Below, one piece after another: positions 52,420-64,000 of a DNA stretch of 64,000 nt; position 1 is the stretch's first letter, and every line of letters begins with the position of its first letter. The DNA is taken from contig NC_043004.1 in NCBI RefSeq assembly GCF_006345805.1, positions 18,042,001 through 18,106,000 of the forward strand, read 5' to 3'. This DNA comes from Octopus sinensis. Taxonomy: Eukaryota. Below the pieces are notes generated by a model that saw only the letters and a list, made by a program, of their open reading frames with translations, made no database searches and was not told where the DNA came from. The translations under genes and the position numbers were made by a program.

Positions 52420-52953
52420 TCTAAAAGGGGTCATCTGCTCTCAGCAGTTTGAATACCAAGAATCTTCATTTCCGTCTTTCCTCTGCCATTCTTACCTAAA
52501 TGCTACTGTTTAGTCCAATCCTAGATGTTATCAAATGAGTTTATTTTAGGTTTGTTTCTGAAGTGTTTGCCTTTTATCTCTCTTTCTAGAAACCATCTTT
52601 GGATGCCTTGTGTTCTTACTGTTTGACCAAATTACATTAATCCCTCACCCGAACATGGTTTATTATTTAAGCTTACATCAATTCCTCCGTGGTGTTAATT
52701 TACATTTATAATAAAATTAATATATACAAATTATAAACCTAATAAAAAAAAAATATATAGTACAGTACCATTTCTACTACGCAGATTTTCACCTATTGTG
52801 TGTGGGGATTTGGAATGTAACACCCACAATAGTTGACGGATTATTGTACATGAGCTTCCTTTTCTTTTTTAATTAGTAGAGAACAATGAATATTTTGAAT
52901 TTGCTAATTTTGTTTTTGTAATTTAGATAAAACAATATACTTTTGATCCTCAC

Positions 52954-53138
52954 CTGAGTGCTAACAAAATCTGACCATTCTTTCTCTTGACAATATACAC
53001 GGAAATCATCAAAAAATGTTGGACTTCTTGAAGTTGGTGGTAAATGTGGCAGGTAGATTTCCATATTCAGTAGTGTGTAAGATTTGTCGATGAGAGCTTT
53101 TAACACTGGGATAACAAAAGAGTAAGTATCGCTGTTTT
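52954..53138 (-). CDS. NBEAL1: Neurobeachin-like exon 7/30
   Basis: tatttcag|AA AAC...ACT CAG|gtgagg; NSDTYSFVIPVLKALIDKSYTLLNMEIYLPHLPPTSRSPTFFDDFRVYCQEKEWSDFVSTQ. Confidence 0.95.
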
Positions 53139-53954
53139 CTGAAATAAACCAATGATTAAACATGAACCTGCTTATCACTATCTTTCACATCATCTTCATC
53201 ACAACAACTACCAACACCCCAACACCAAAATCTAAAAACCCTCTACCAAAGCCTTATAAAAGGCAAATGACTAGACATGGTGGAATTTTTTTTTTAAAGA
53301 AATGACACTTTATTTTGTAGGAATTACATTGCAAGAAAAAGAAATTGATTCTCAGACAAAATAAACCCAAACTATTCTTTTTATTTGGTTCATTTATTAT
53401 TATCATCACTTAACATCCACTTTTCCAAGTTTGTATGGGGCACAAAGAATTTGCTGAGGCAGATCTTCTACAGTTGAATGCCCTTCCTGTTGCTACCTTC
53501 ACCAGTTTCCACACAAGGTAAGACTCCCTCAAGGCCAGACATGTTTTCACAAAATATTGGAAATGAATGACACTGCTAATATGACGGTGACATTCATTTA
53601 CAACTATATGCCTATGCTGGTGGCACATAAAAAGCACTGCCTACAATCTCAGAGTGGTTGGCGTTAGGAAGGGCATCAAGCTGTAGAAACCTTGCCAGAT
53701 CAGATTGGAGCCTGCTGCAGCTTCCCAGCTTGCCAGTCCTCAGTCAAACCATCCAACCCATGCCAGCAATGAAAGCGGATGTTAAACAACGATGATAATG
53801 ATAACACTACAATTACACATTTAAAGATAGAAAAAGACCGTCTTATACACTGACAAAAGCAACACTATAAAGGATACGGCCATAGTGAAAGATAAGAATA
53901 AATAAATAAAATGAGAGAGAAGCAAAAAAAAAATGTGAAAGAAGGTTTACGAAC

Positions 53955-54075
53955 CATTTATTGCAAGCTGTAAGTGATTGTACAGTGTCCCCACAAGATA
54001 AGAGGCTTCAGCTGAACTTGTTAAGATTCTCGTCTGCACCAATGAATGCAATCGAGCCGTTGCAACAGCACACAA
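53955..54075 (-). CDS. NBEAL1: Neurobeachin-like exon 6/30
   Basis: ttattgcag|TTG TGT GCT...AAT G|gttcgt; LCAVATARLHSLVQTRILTSSAEASYLVGTLYNHLQLAIN; donor is weak but required by phase. Confidence 0.85.
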
Positions 54076-54484
54076 CTGCAATAAGTTTTAAAGAAAACCT
54101 GTAGTTTTTTTTCTATTTAGCGACTTTGAAAAGGAAAAACTTAAAGTGTAAAAGGATATGTCAAGAACTCAAGATTAAAAAAACAAAAGTTATATATCAC
54201 TGAGACGTTATGATGGTGAAAATATAATGTAGATGTTAATACTAAAAGAGATTCTTTTTCAAAGATTAGGTCTAATGCTAAAAATATATATTCTCATTAA
54301 CAACATCTAATTACAGATAATTAAACATTTAATCAATATAATCAATGATAATTAAGTTAATGATTTAATCAATATACAAGAAGGGAAAGAAAACAGAAAG
54401 ATTAAAAAGAAAGAAACAGTTTATCTGTGTTGAAATATTATTGCAAATTTCATAAGGCAAAAATATTGAGGAAAACTGCTTTAC

Positions 54485-54616
54485 CTCAAGTTCTGGTCGA
54501 CAAGCAAATGATAATAAGATCCGGAACCCAATATGAACCATTTCTCGCCATTCTGATTCTGATTGAGTGTCCCAGACAGATAAAGCTTCCAGTAAAGCCA
54601 TAACATCCTCTACCAA
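54485..54616 (-). CDS. NBEAL1: Neurobeachin-like exon 5/30
   Basis: ctcttcag|TTG GTA...GAG|gtaaag; LVEDVMALLEALSVWDTQSESEWREMVHIGFRILLSFACRPELE. Confidence 0.92.
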
Positions 54617-54705
54617 CTGAAGAGAGAAATTTGAGAATTATTAGTCACATGCAGACAGACTTTTGATGTACAAATACAGACAACTGGAAGAAATGTGTGT
54701 CAGTT

Positions 54706-55337
54706 GGTGTGTTTGTAGGTTGGGTCTGTGGTGGTGATTGTTTGGGTCTGGTGGTAGTGATTGGTGGGGTCTGTAGTGGTGATTTGTAGGGTTTGTGGTC
54801 GTGATTGGTTTGGACTGTGGTGGTGATTGGTAGGGGCCTGTGGTGGTGATTGGTTGGGTCTGTGGTGGAAATTGGGGGGGGGGTCTATGGCAGTGATTTG
54901 TTGAGGTCTGGTGGTGGCGATTGGTGGGATCTGGGGTGGTGATAGATGGGGACTGTGGTGGTGATAGGTAAGGTTTGTGATGGTGATTGATCAGGGATCT
55001 AGTGGTGGTGATTGATCGGGGGTCTGGTGGTGGTGATTGATCGGGGGTCTGGTGGTGGTGATTGGTTGTGGGTCTGGTGATAGTGCTTGGTTGTGGGTCT
55101 GATGGTGGTGCTTGGTTGTGGGTCTGGTGGTGGTGATTGGTTGTGGGTCTGGTGGTGGTGATTGGTTGTGGGTCTGGTGGTGGTGATTGGTTGTGGGTCT
55201 GGTGGTGGTGACTGGTCAAGATTTGGTGGTGGTAATTGGTTGGGGTCTGATGGTGGAAATTGGTTGGGGTCTGATGGTGGTGATTGGTCAGGGTCTGGTG
55301 ATTGGTCGGGGGTCTGGTGGTGGTGATTGGTTGTGTT
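54706..55337. repeat. 25-bp G-rich minisatellite (ggtctggtggtggtgattggttgtg)n
   Basis: ggtct at 55096, 55121, 55146, 55171 and 55196; more degenerate units toward 54706. Confidence 0.95.
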
Positions 55338-55841
55338 GATGAATGAGAATAAGTTTCTTGGGTTGCATGAAGAAGTAACTGAACATCAGCAAACATTTTA
55401 ACAAGATTTTTATCATCGAATCTAAAGACAGATTGTGTTGCTCTTTTACAGATAACCACAGCAATAACTACATCCTGGGAGAGAAGGAAAAACCATGCCA
55501 CATTCAAAGAAGTTACTTAGAAGACAGTTTCTGTATGTTTAGTTCAGTCTCTGAGAACCTGCAGATATCTATACAAATATCTGATATGGCAAGAATGGAG
55601 GCACACATTGCTTGGCTGCCTCAACAATCTGCAATTAATTACTACCGCAAGCCACCTGGTGTCATATATGTAGAAACTAATGACATATTATAAACTTGTA
55701 CTTATAACAATTTCTCATAATATATATATATATATATATGGTGCAGCCTTCGGGCTCCCCAGACACCAGTTGAACCGTCCAACCCATGCTAGCATGGAAA
55801 GCAGACGTTAAATGATGATGATGATGATGATGATATATATA

Positions 55842-55889
<48 letters not shown>

Positions 55890-56357
55890 GCACACACACA
55901 CACACACACACACACAGATACTTGCTGAAAATTAAAGTAGAGTAATATTACCTAAGAGTCAACAACTATTGAAAAGGTTACAAGACGCAATGAAAATTTT
56001 AGAAAAATAAATAAATAAATGAATGGAAACTTTACCGGTGAGTGTGTTAGATTATAAGGCACTAAAAGAGAATGATTCTCCCCAGATCCAACAGAATATG
56101 CTTCAACACACGAACTCGCATAAGGAATCTTGCAAACCAAATCCCAAAACGAAATATTACCTAATTTCTTGACATATATAATAAACTAATTCCTAAATAT
56201 GTATGTGTAAGAGAGAGAGAGAGAGTGTATGTGCATGCCTCTATAAAACTGATGGTACAAATATGCATTAATATCGTCCAACCCATGCTAGTATGGAAAA
56301 CAGACGTTAAACGATGATGATGATGATGATGATGATCTTTGTATCAAATTAACATAC

Positions 56358-56464
56358 CCTTTCACTATATACAAAGTCACTACCATTGATGTTATCCATA
56401 ATGAAATCCTGTACAATCTTGATTAATTCAACAGCATTTTCTGTGTGGTAAGCCATGGATTGAC
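56358..56464 (-). CDS. NBEAL1: Neurobeachin-like exon 4/30
   Basis: tttacag|GT CAA...GAA AGG|gtatgt; GQSMAYHTENAVELIKIVQDFIMDNINGSDFVYSER; phases 1 and 0 fit neighbours. Confidence 0.9.
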
Positions 56465-57018
56465 CTGTAAAGGAGAAGGCAAATGCTCAACATGAGGGAT
56501 CATGTGAAAAGACAGAAGCACAACCATTCACTTTAAGAAAAGAATACTTAAGCATCTGCCTTGTAGTGAGACAATGGTTTGATTTGGTCAGACATTTATT
56601 TTACACACAAACACACACACACATCACTTATACATATAATGCTTTCAGCTATAGGCACAAGGTCTGAAATTTTTTTTTGGGGGGGAGGCTATTCGATTAC
56701 ATCGACCCCAGTGTTTCAATGGTACTTATTTCACTGACCCTGAAAAGGTGAAAGGCAAGGCTGACCTCGATGGAATTTGAACTCAGAACGCAAGGACAAA
56801 TGAAATGCCGCTAGGCATTTTGCCTGGTGTGCTAACGATTCTGCCAGCTTGCTGCCTTCACTTATACATATAATAAGACCATATGTAAGCAGTGAAAAAA
56901 GAAAAAGATGAAGAGAAGAAACAGCAAGACAGTCAGATGAGAAATTAGGGAATTTGGATTTAATTTCCATTTTTTTTATTACATCTTTTAATGTCACAAA
57001 TTTCTCATGAATCACTCT

Positions 57019-57049
<31 letters not shown>

Positions 57050-57162
57050 GAGAGGGTATGATAGAGAGGGTATGATAGAGAGAGTATGATAGAGAGAGAG
57101 AGAGAGAGAGAAAGTGAGAGAGAGAGAAAGAAGGAGAGATAGAGAGAGAGAATAACACTAAC

Positions 57163-57295
57163 CTGAATCCCGCACATAGTACGTGCATGAGATGAGCAAT
57201 ATTTCAAGAAGACGGCGCTTTAACTCATTTGGATGTTTCAATAGTTCATATGATTGGTTCATTTTATCAAGGCAAGAGAACACTTGACCCCTTTC
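57163..57295 (-). CDS. NBEAL1: Neurobeachin-like exon 3/30
   Basis: tacag|GAA AGG GGT...TCA G|gttagt; ERGQVFSCLDKMNQSYELLKHPNELKRRLLEILL. Confidence 0.93.
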
Positions 57296-58124
57296 CTGTA
57301 AATAACACATGTCTATAGTTAAAATGTAGTCCGGGTGTGTCAGCTCCATCAGTTTTCTCTCTGGGTCATCAACATCAATCAGTTATTATGAAACCCAACA
57401 AGTAAAAACTACCATATAGTGACTTCTCCAGCAGCAAATATCTCCAAACTTAGTGACACAGATCAGATAACAACCTTATGAGGCAGACAATACTGCCACG
57501 CAATGACCAATCAGAGCATGGTTTCAGACGGCAGGAAAACATAGCATGTCCCATTTTAAGATGGTAGTGGGTTGATTTTGAGGGAAATTTAGCTATAATA
57601 TTTAGAAGGTCAAGTTTTATGAATTTACTTGAGGTGCAAGAAATAATAGCCAAATCTCCCAAAAACCATCTCCTGTCATTGTAAAAGAAGAAGGACACTT
57701 TGGACGATGTGGTCCTTATAATCTGTACCTCAGACAACCTTGGGATGTTTAAAGCTGGAACACAGTTGATCATAGATCTGCTTAGTTGTGGTTGACCTGT
57801 GGTTAAACATCAATAATACAGCACATCTAGTGTGATAGTCTTGTCGGTTTATTTATTCTAAAGTGTTGACCAACCCATACCAGCATGGAAAACGGACACT
57901 GTTCACGATGATGATGATGATGATGATGATGTTTACCATAAACTGCTAGGCATTAAATCAGTTTAAACAAACTTAACTAGATTTTGTTGACTACAACTGA
58001 AGAAGTACAATGAATAATTTATTTTCTCTTTGGTATAAATGTGGCAAGGCTCGTATTCCAACCAGAACGATTTAGAACTAATAAGTTAACGAATGTGGAA
58101 GCAAGTGGCCTAGTAGATTGAGTA

Positions 58125-58317
58125 GCAATTTTCAAACACAGCTCCCAGGGCCACATGTGCTCCTCAAGCGTGATTCTGGCAGCCCCTGATGGGTTTCCAT
58201 CTATAAATAAATATTTTTCTTTAATTGACTTGTGTTTTACTTATTTCAGTGCAGGCCCCTTAGAAAAATCCACGTTTCGGACCAAACCCAGATATTAAAA
58301 AAGGTTGAGAACCATTG
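58125..58317. mobile_element. Decayed hAT (Charlie-like) MITE
   Basis: Right end ggttgagaaccattg; left end degenerate. Confidence 0.4.
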
Positions 58318-58893
58318 GGTTAGATGGTGTGTTGTGTTCTTGGGCTTGATACTTCATTTTACAATGTTCCAGTCCACCCAGCTGTAAATGAGTTTCAGCA
58401 ATAGCTGGGAAGTTAATCCTGGAATGGACTTGCATCCCACCCAGGTGGTAGCTTTGTAATCTCAGTCATTTACATGCTATGGAAACTGAGTTAAACTCAA
58501 GTCTTATGAACTCATGACAAACCTAAGTTAATCTAAAACATCATCATCATTTAACGTCTATTTTCAATGCAAGATGATTTGTAAGATGATTTGATAGGAA
58601 CTGGCAATATGGAGAGATGCACCAGGCTCCAACTGTCTGCTTTGGCATGGTTTCTATGGCTGGATGCCCTTCCTTATGCCAACCATTTTACTGAAGTTAC
58701 CAGCTGCTTTTTACATGGCACTGCCACAGGTGCTCTTTTACATGGCACCGTCACAGGTGCTCTTTTACATGGCACCAAAAGTCTAAAACAATGAGTAGTG
58801 ATCTATGTTGATAAAAAGGAAGAACAGTTAATAAAACAAATTAATATTATGATCATAAACACAATTCTCAATAATTCTAAAAAGTTTACTTAC

Positions 58894-59622
58894 CCTCCAA
58901 GCTGCTTTATCAGAGCCCTCAACACCTTTCATTGTTATCAATGCCAGTACCATCAACATATTCTCCATAAACTCATCACTATCGTCTACAGACTCCTGCA
59001 CATAAATCTTTGGAATGCCAAGACTATCCAGTGCTTTCTGGAAAGCCTCAGCCTCTAGCACTGAGGGTTTACGGATTCGAAGCAACTCTTCATTCTCAGC
59101 TTCTTCTGGCACAGTAGGAATGTCGATAAAACTCTCACTGTGAGGTATCAATCCATTTGACAGGGACTCCGCACTCTTCCCACTCCCTCTCAGACTGCTC
59201 AGATCTTCGATACTGGTGCTCGAGCTACGGCTCATTGACCTCTCCCTGTCTTCTGTATCTTCTAATCCCCAGTACTCAGACTTCAGCTGATCATACATAG
59301 GCGTGCCAACAAGGCTGCAAGGTGACAGTAATGACTGGGGGGGTACAGATGGTCGAATATCTAGAAACATCTTTTGGGAACTGACTTCAACATCATTCCC
59401 TAAATCTTCGCCAGATTTTGAGATCACATAACTGGAAACGGATGAGGGCATCCTCAGGGTGCAGTCTTCACTGGCTTTTAATATTGGATGGGAAAAAGAA
59501 TTGGACATGGTACACGTGGATTTGGGATAATAAATAAATAATTTGCATAAAATTTCCTGCCAGCATAGTTGTTTGGCAAAGTTCTTGGCAGCACCATTTA
59601 CAGTCACCAACATTTTAAGAAT
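58894..59622 (-). CDS. NBEAL1: Neurobeachin-like exon 2/30 (729 nt, Ser-rich linker)
   Basis: ttcttcag|ATT CTT AAA ATG...TGG AGG|gtaagt; ILKMLVTVNGAAKNFAKQLCWQEILCKLF...KGVEGSDKAAWR matches the NBEAL motif GVEGSDEAAWR. Confidence 0.93.
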
Positions 59623-61257
59623 CTGAAGAAAAAGAAGAAAAATAAGAAATAAAACTGTAAAACATTGCTGTTTATATTACTTTTTTTATCTGATGAATTT
59701 TCTTCCTTTTTATTTTGATCAAAAAAGGGAAAAATATTCCTGAACATATTCACTGTCAAAGGGATCATTTTTTGATTTACAATTTCAAACGATCTACAAC
59801 TCTCTTTATAGAATTACCTATCCTTTCCTTCTCCCCTCATCCACAGTCTATATTCTCCCTTATACTCACCTTTTTGTACCTTGAAGGTATATTCTGGAAC
59901 CCTGTAGCCTCCATCTCCATCTCTCGTTCAGCTACTCGCATCCTCCTTTGCAAAATGTGGGGTACCCATTTATCACCTCTGTAACAAAACACCTGTGCTT
60001 GTCCCCTTATCGAACTTCAGCCTTCAACACCTGGCATAAATCCACCTCTCTCTTTCTCTCTATTTCAAATACACATTCACTCAGTGGCTTTTCCCTTTTT
60101 TTAACTTTGCCTAGTAAGTTATTTTGGAACCTCATTAATGCCAGTGTTACATAAAAAAAAAAACACCCAGTACATTCTGTAAACAGGTTAGCATTAGAAG
60201 GGGCATCCGGCCATAGAAATAATGCCAAAGCTGATATTGGAGTTTGATGCAGCCTTCTGTGATTTGCCAGACTCTGTCAAACTGTCTAATCCAAGCTAGC
60301 ATGGAAAATGGAAGTTAAATGATTACAAGATAAGTTGAATGGAGTTGGGTTAGATTGCTCCATAATTACTAGTTTGCAAAAAGTGCACGTGACCTATGAT
60401 TTGCCAATCAACTCAGGTAAATTTTTGTTAAGTAGAGTCTAAAATATTTATGAGTGTGAGAATGAGTAGAACACCACCATCATCCTAAAATATTAGAGCA
60501 GCACGTTAGTCTGGGCCGAAGTATTTAGTGGCAATAAATAGCAAGCCTAGCCTTTTGAATGTGATTCAGTCATAGGATTATAGATGTGTAGCAGTTTATA
60601 AAAGAAACTTGAGGTTAGGCTCAAAAAGGTCATAGTATCACAGTATATTGTAGTAACTGAACACAATTATCGTAATTAAAAGAGATTAATAATGACAATT
60701 TGTACTGCCAAGAATCAACAGAGTTAAACAAAAAATAATTGGGATATGTTAAATAATCAATGTGGCCAAGTGGTTAGGTTGGTGCACTCACAATCGCAAG
60801 ATCACAGTTTCGATTCCTGCACTGGGCAGTGCATTGTGTTCTTGAGTAGAACACTTCATTCCACATTGTTCCGGTTCACTTAGCTATAAATGAGTTCCAG
60901 CAATAGCTTAGAAGTTGTCCCTGTGATGGACTAGCTCCCCATTCAGGGGCAACTGCTACTATAGAGTAGAATGTTACTATCAAGTAGTGAAGGAGTGTGG
61001 CCAAGTAGTTAGGGAGTTACGCTCATGATGCAAGACTGTGGTTTCAATTCCTGGACTAGGCAATGTATTACATTCTTGAACAAACACTTCATTTCATGTT
61101 GCTTCAGTCCACTCAACCGTAAATGAGGAAACCTGCAATGGACTGGCATCCCTTTCAGGAGAAATGTGATCTCAGCCACCTATATGTCATGAAAACAGGG
61201 TAACCAGTCCTGAGTCCTTGGACTTGAGACAATACTTAAGTAATCAATAAAAGAGAC

Positions 61258-61612
61258 AACAAGAGCACTCAGAGAGTGCAAACCTCCACCAAGGCAACAC
61301 CAACATCCTCTTTAGCCAGAGACGATTTTTTTAAATGAGAATATTTGAAATAAAACTCAACTGCTCTCACAAATGAGAATACTAAAAATGAATCCGACTG
61401 CTCTCAAAAATTAAGTTAAAAAAAAAGGGAAAAATAATCCAGAATCTTTGTCTGGTACCTGATCAATCCCAAAATCTAATCTGTTCGTGCCAGTCATGAG
61501 GCCAAATATCCCTTAAAATTTCATCCAAATCTATCCAGCGGTTCTTGAGATATCTTGTCCAAAGACAAACAGACAAACAATACCACCACCTTCGCTAAGA
61601 CAGAGGTAATAA
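61258..61612 (+). mobile_element. Helentron/HINE-like non-autonomous element
   Basis: 5' aacaagag plus hairpin gcactc-aga-gagtgc; internal aaatttcatccaaatc and acaaacagacaaac; decayed 3' hairpin ending gaggtaat. Confidence 0.55.
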
Positions 61613-61674
61613 TGTTTCTACAGCAAAAAAAAAAAAAAAAAAGAAGCTAATAGTGAAATTAACAAAGTACTAAC

Positions 61675-61763
61675 CTGCTTACTGCATTCCAGCTTAATAC
61701 TGATGTCACTTTCTTGGATTAATTGCATCAGTCCTAAGATGGCAGAATAGCATTGGCTGGTAT
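61675..61763 (-). CDS. NBEAL1: Neurobeachin-like protein, first coding exon in window (1/30)
   Basis: tttctag|AT ACC...AAG CAG|gttagt; (D)TSQCYSAILGLMQLIQESDISIKLECSKQ; joins in phase 0 to the next exon and resembles the NBEAL ARM-region segment. Symbol denotes the NBEAL1/2 family; paralog assignment is not possible. Confidence 0.8.
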
Positions 61764-62978
61764 CTAGAAATGGATAAACAAAGACCTTATCACCAATGAT
61801 ACAATGTATGAAACAGTACTGACCAATTTGCTTGTGGCCATTTCTGTTTGATACATATGCACTATACAGATACACAAAACAAGATTAAATAAGATAGTGA
61901 CAGATAAGATAATATAATAACAAACAAAACAAAATACACAAGACAACGTAGACAGGATGAGATGAGGTAAACAAGACAGATAAGACAATACAGCAAGATA
62001 GAGAAGGCTAAGTAGATAATACAAGGTATATAAGCTAAAAGGAGATGAATAAGATGAGATAGACAAAAGAAGACATGTATTTTATTTTTCCCAACATCTT
62101 TTCCTCATTCTTGTTTTTTTTTTATGAAGGACTAGTGTCCAAAACATCAAGATTCTTTCCATTCTTTCTAGGCATTAAATGAATAGAAAATATAGATATA
62201 AGTAGACAATATATGTATGGGAAAATAATATATGTAGATAGATATGTAAACAAAAAATGCATGCAGACATACATATGTAGATACACACACATGTAAATGG
62301 CCATACTTTCGACAATGAACACAAAAAGTAAACATGGGAAGAATAAATTTTAACTAATTTTATAATCATTTAATGCTTAGAAAGAACGGAAAGAATTTTG
62401 ATGTTTTGGACACTAGTCCTTCATCAAAAAAAAAAAACAATAATGAGGAAAAGATGGTGGGAAAAATAAAATGAATAAGATACATGTTGATAGTAAATGG
62501 ATTTCTGCTGGATGTGGAGATGAATATTCAGTTCTTTGATCAACTGAATTATCTATTTTTGAATTAGCATGTACGTGGATGAGTATTCCATAGACATATG
62601 TATCTTTAATGTAACTCTCAGTCTATGTCACATAGTGTGGCAAAGCTGGATCTTTGAATTGCACGGGCAATCCTCCATTTAGCAGGCTTCCACACAGTTT
62701 CTCTCTCACAAAGCTTAGGATGAGCTAAAGCTTTTGTAAAAGATACTCGCCCAAGATGGAACTGAACCCAGCCTTTGCAACTTCAAAGCAAACTTCTTAA
62801 CCATTTAACCATACTACATCCATATAGACAAAGATATAAACTTATGTGAAATAAGTAAATGAAAATATATATGTATATTCTATGCATCTTCTTCCTAATT
62901 CCTTAACTTCAAATTCAAATTTACAATACCACCAAATATGAGAAAATTATTATCTCCCTTGTATTAACCGTTTGTTAA

Positions 62979-64000
62979 CCCTTTCGTTACCAAACTGCCC
63001 AAAGCTGCCCAAAAAAGTTTTGGTTCAGGCGACCAAGCCACCCAATTCATATTTAAATGAGAATATCAGAGCAAATCTCGTTAGTACATTCGTGAAAACA
63101 TGTGATTATACTTCGTAAACAGTTCATCTACAGTTTTGTACAATGATCGACATGTAATTTTAATTCCCTGAATTTTGGGAGATTTTTTTCCACATGTTTT
63201 TTGGCATTGATTTTTCTTCAACTTTGAAAATGGATAGGAGTTTCATGTTATCAAGCATTGATTCCGAATTTAAAGCTTTTTCAACGGAAAATAGGGAGAT
63301 ATCGAGAAAAAGAATGAATGAGGTCTTAAAGCACGTGGTGTACAAAATAATGAATAGGATATTTTTTTATCCGTTAACCGAAAGCAGTGATTCCGAAGAA
63401 ACAAATCGGCGATGGCGACAGCAAAGACGGTTTTACATTGGAATGAAGTGAAAAACTTTAAAAATGTTTTTATTAGCAATTTTTCTGAGGAGATAGAGTT
63501 TATCTATAGTCTTTCTTAGGAAGCGAAACCATTAGACTTTTATTTTTTTCAGTATGCTTGTTTGGAGCGATCACTGTGGAAGCAAACTGTTACGCAGAAT
63601 GTAAACAAACACAAAATTGGGGATCAAAGTTTGGAAAATTTGTGAAGCAAATACTGGATACTGTGTGGATTTAGTTTTTACACAGGGAAACTAATGTTAG
63701 TGAGCATGGCTTAGGGTACGATGTGGTCTGGAAGTTATTGTTTGAAGCGATCGATGTGGAAACAAATTTATGCAGATTGTAAACAAACACAAAATGGGGG
63801 ATCAAATTTCGGAAAATTTGTGAAGTAAATAATGGGTACTGCGTGGATTTAGTTTTTATACAGGGAAAATAATGTTAGTCAGCATGGCCTAGGAAACAAT
63901 GTGGTCTGGAATTTATCACTTCCATACCATAACCAGGGCCGTATATTATTTTTTGACCGATTTCTTTAGTTCGGTCAAACTTGCGGTGGATTCCAGTATT
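62979..64000 (+). mobile_element. Left end of a longer piggyBac-like element
   Basis: TTAA|ccctttcgttac, identical to the 43223-family TIR; internal ~140-bp direct repeat (~63592-63733 / ~63771-63910); right end not in window. Confidence 0.55.

Noticed and set aside
54641-55507. 288-aa T/H/Q/P-rich ORF, the longest non-exonic ORF
   Set aside because: It is the translation of the 25-bp minisatellite; the unit is not a multiple of 3 and it lies within an intron.
63194-63451. 85-aa ORF as a piggyBac transposase N-terminus
   Set aside because: Only vaguely acidic; no DDD catalytic motifs visible and downstream frames are closed.

Overview
AT-rich eukaryotic genomic DNA, dense in microsatellites and SINEs. 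The repeat families suggest a cephalopod (Octopus-like) genome; this is an inference, not a search result. One protein-coding gene is supported: a minus-strand neurobeachin-like gene (NBEAL1/NBEAL2 family: DUF4704/ARM region, PH-BEACH, BEACH, WD40). I traced 30 coding exons by hand from 61763 down to the TAG stop at 9283-9285. All introns are GT-AG and phase-consistent, giving 4418 nt and about 1471 C-terminal residues; the 5' part lies beyond 64000. Introns and the downstream region contain several tRNA-derived SINE families, RTE-type LINE fragments, piggyBac-like, hAT-like and other MITEs, a Helitron, a Helentron-like element and minisatellites. The most notable signal is a set of Penelope-like (PLE) repeats carrying type I hammerhead ribozyme motifs. 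These include (i) a tRNA-headed SINE ending in a hammerhead tail, inserted as inverted composites with 10-13 bp TSDs; (ii) a palindromic repeat whose hammerhead has a G3:C8 swap of the conserved C3:G8 pair; and (iii) further canonical or decayed hammerheads. Repeat boundaries are read by eye and approximate unless TSDs or TIRs are quoted. No ribozyme activity has been shown.
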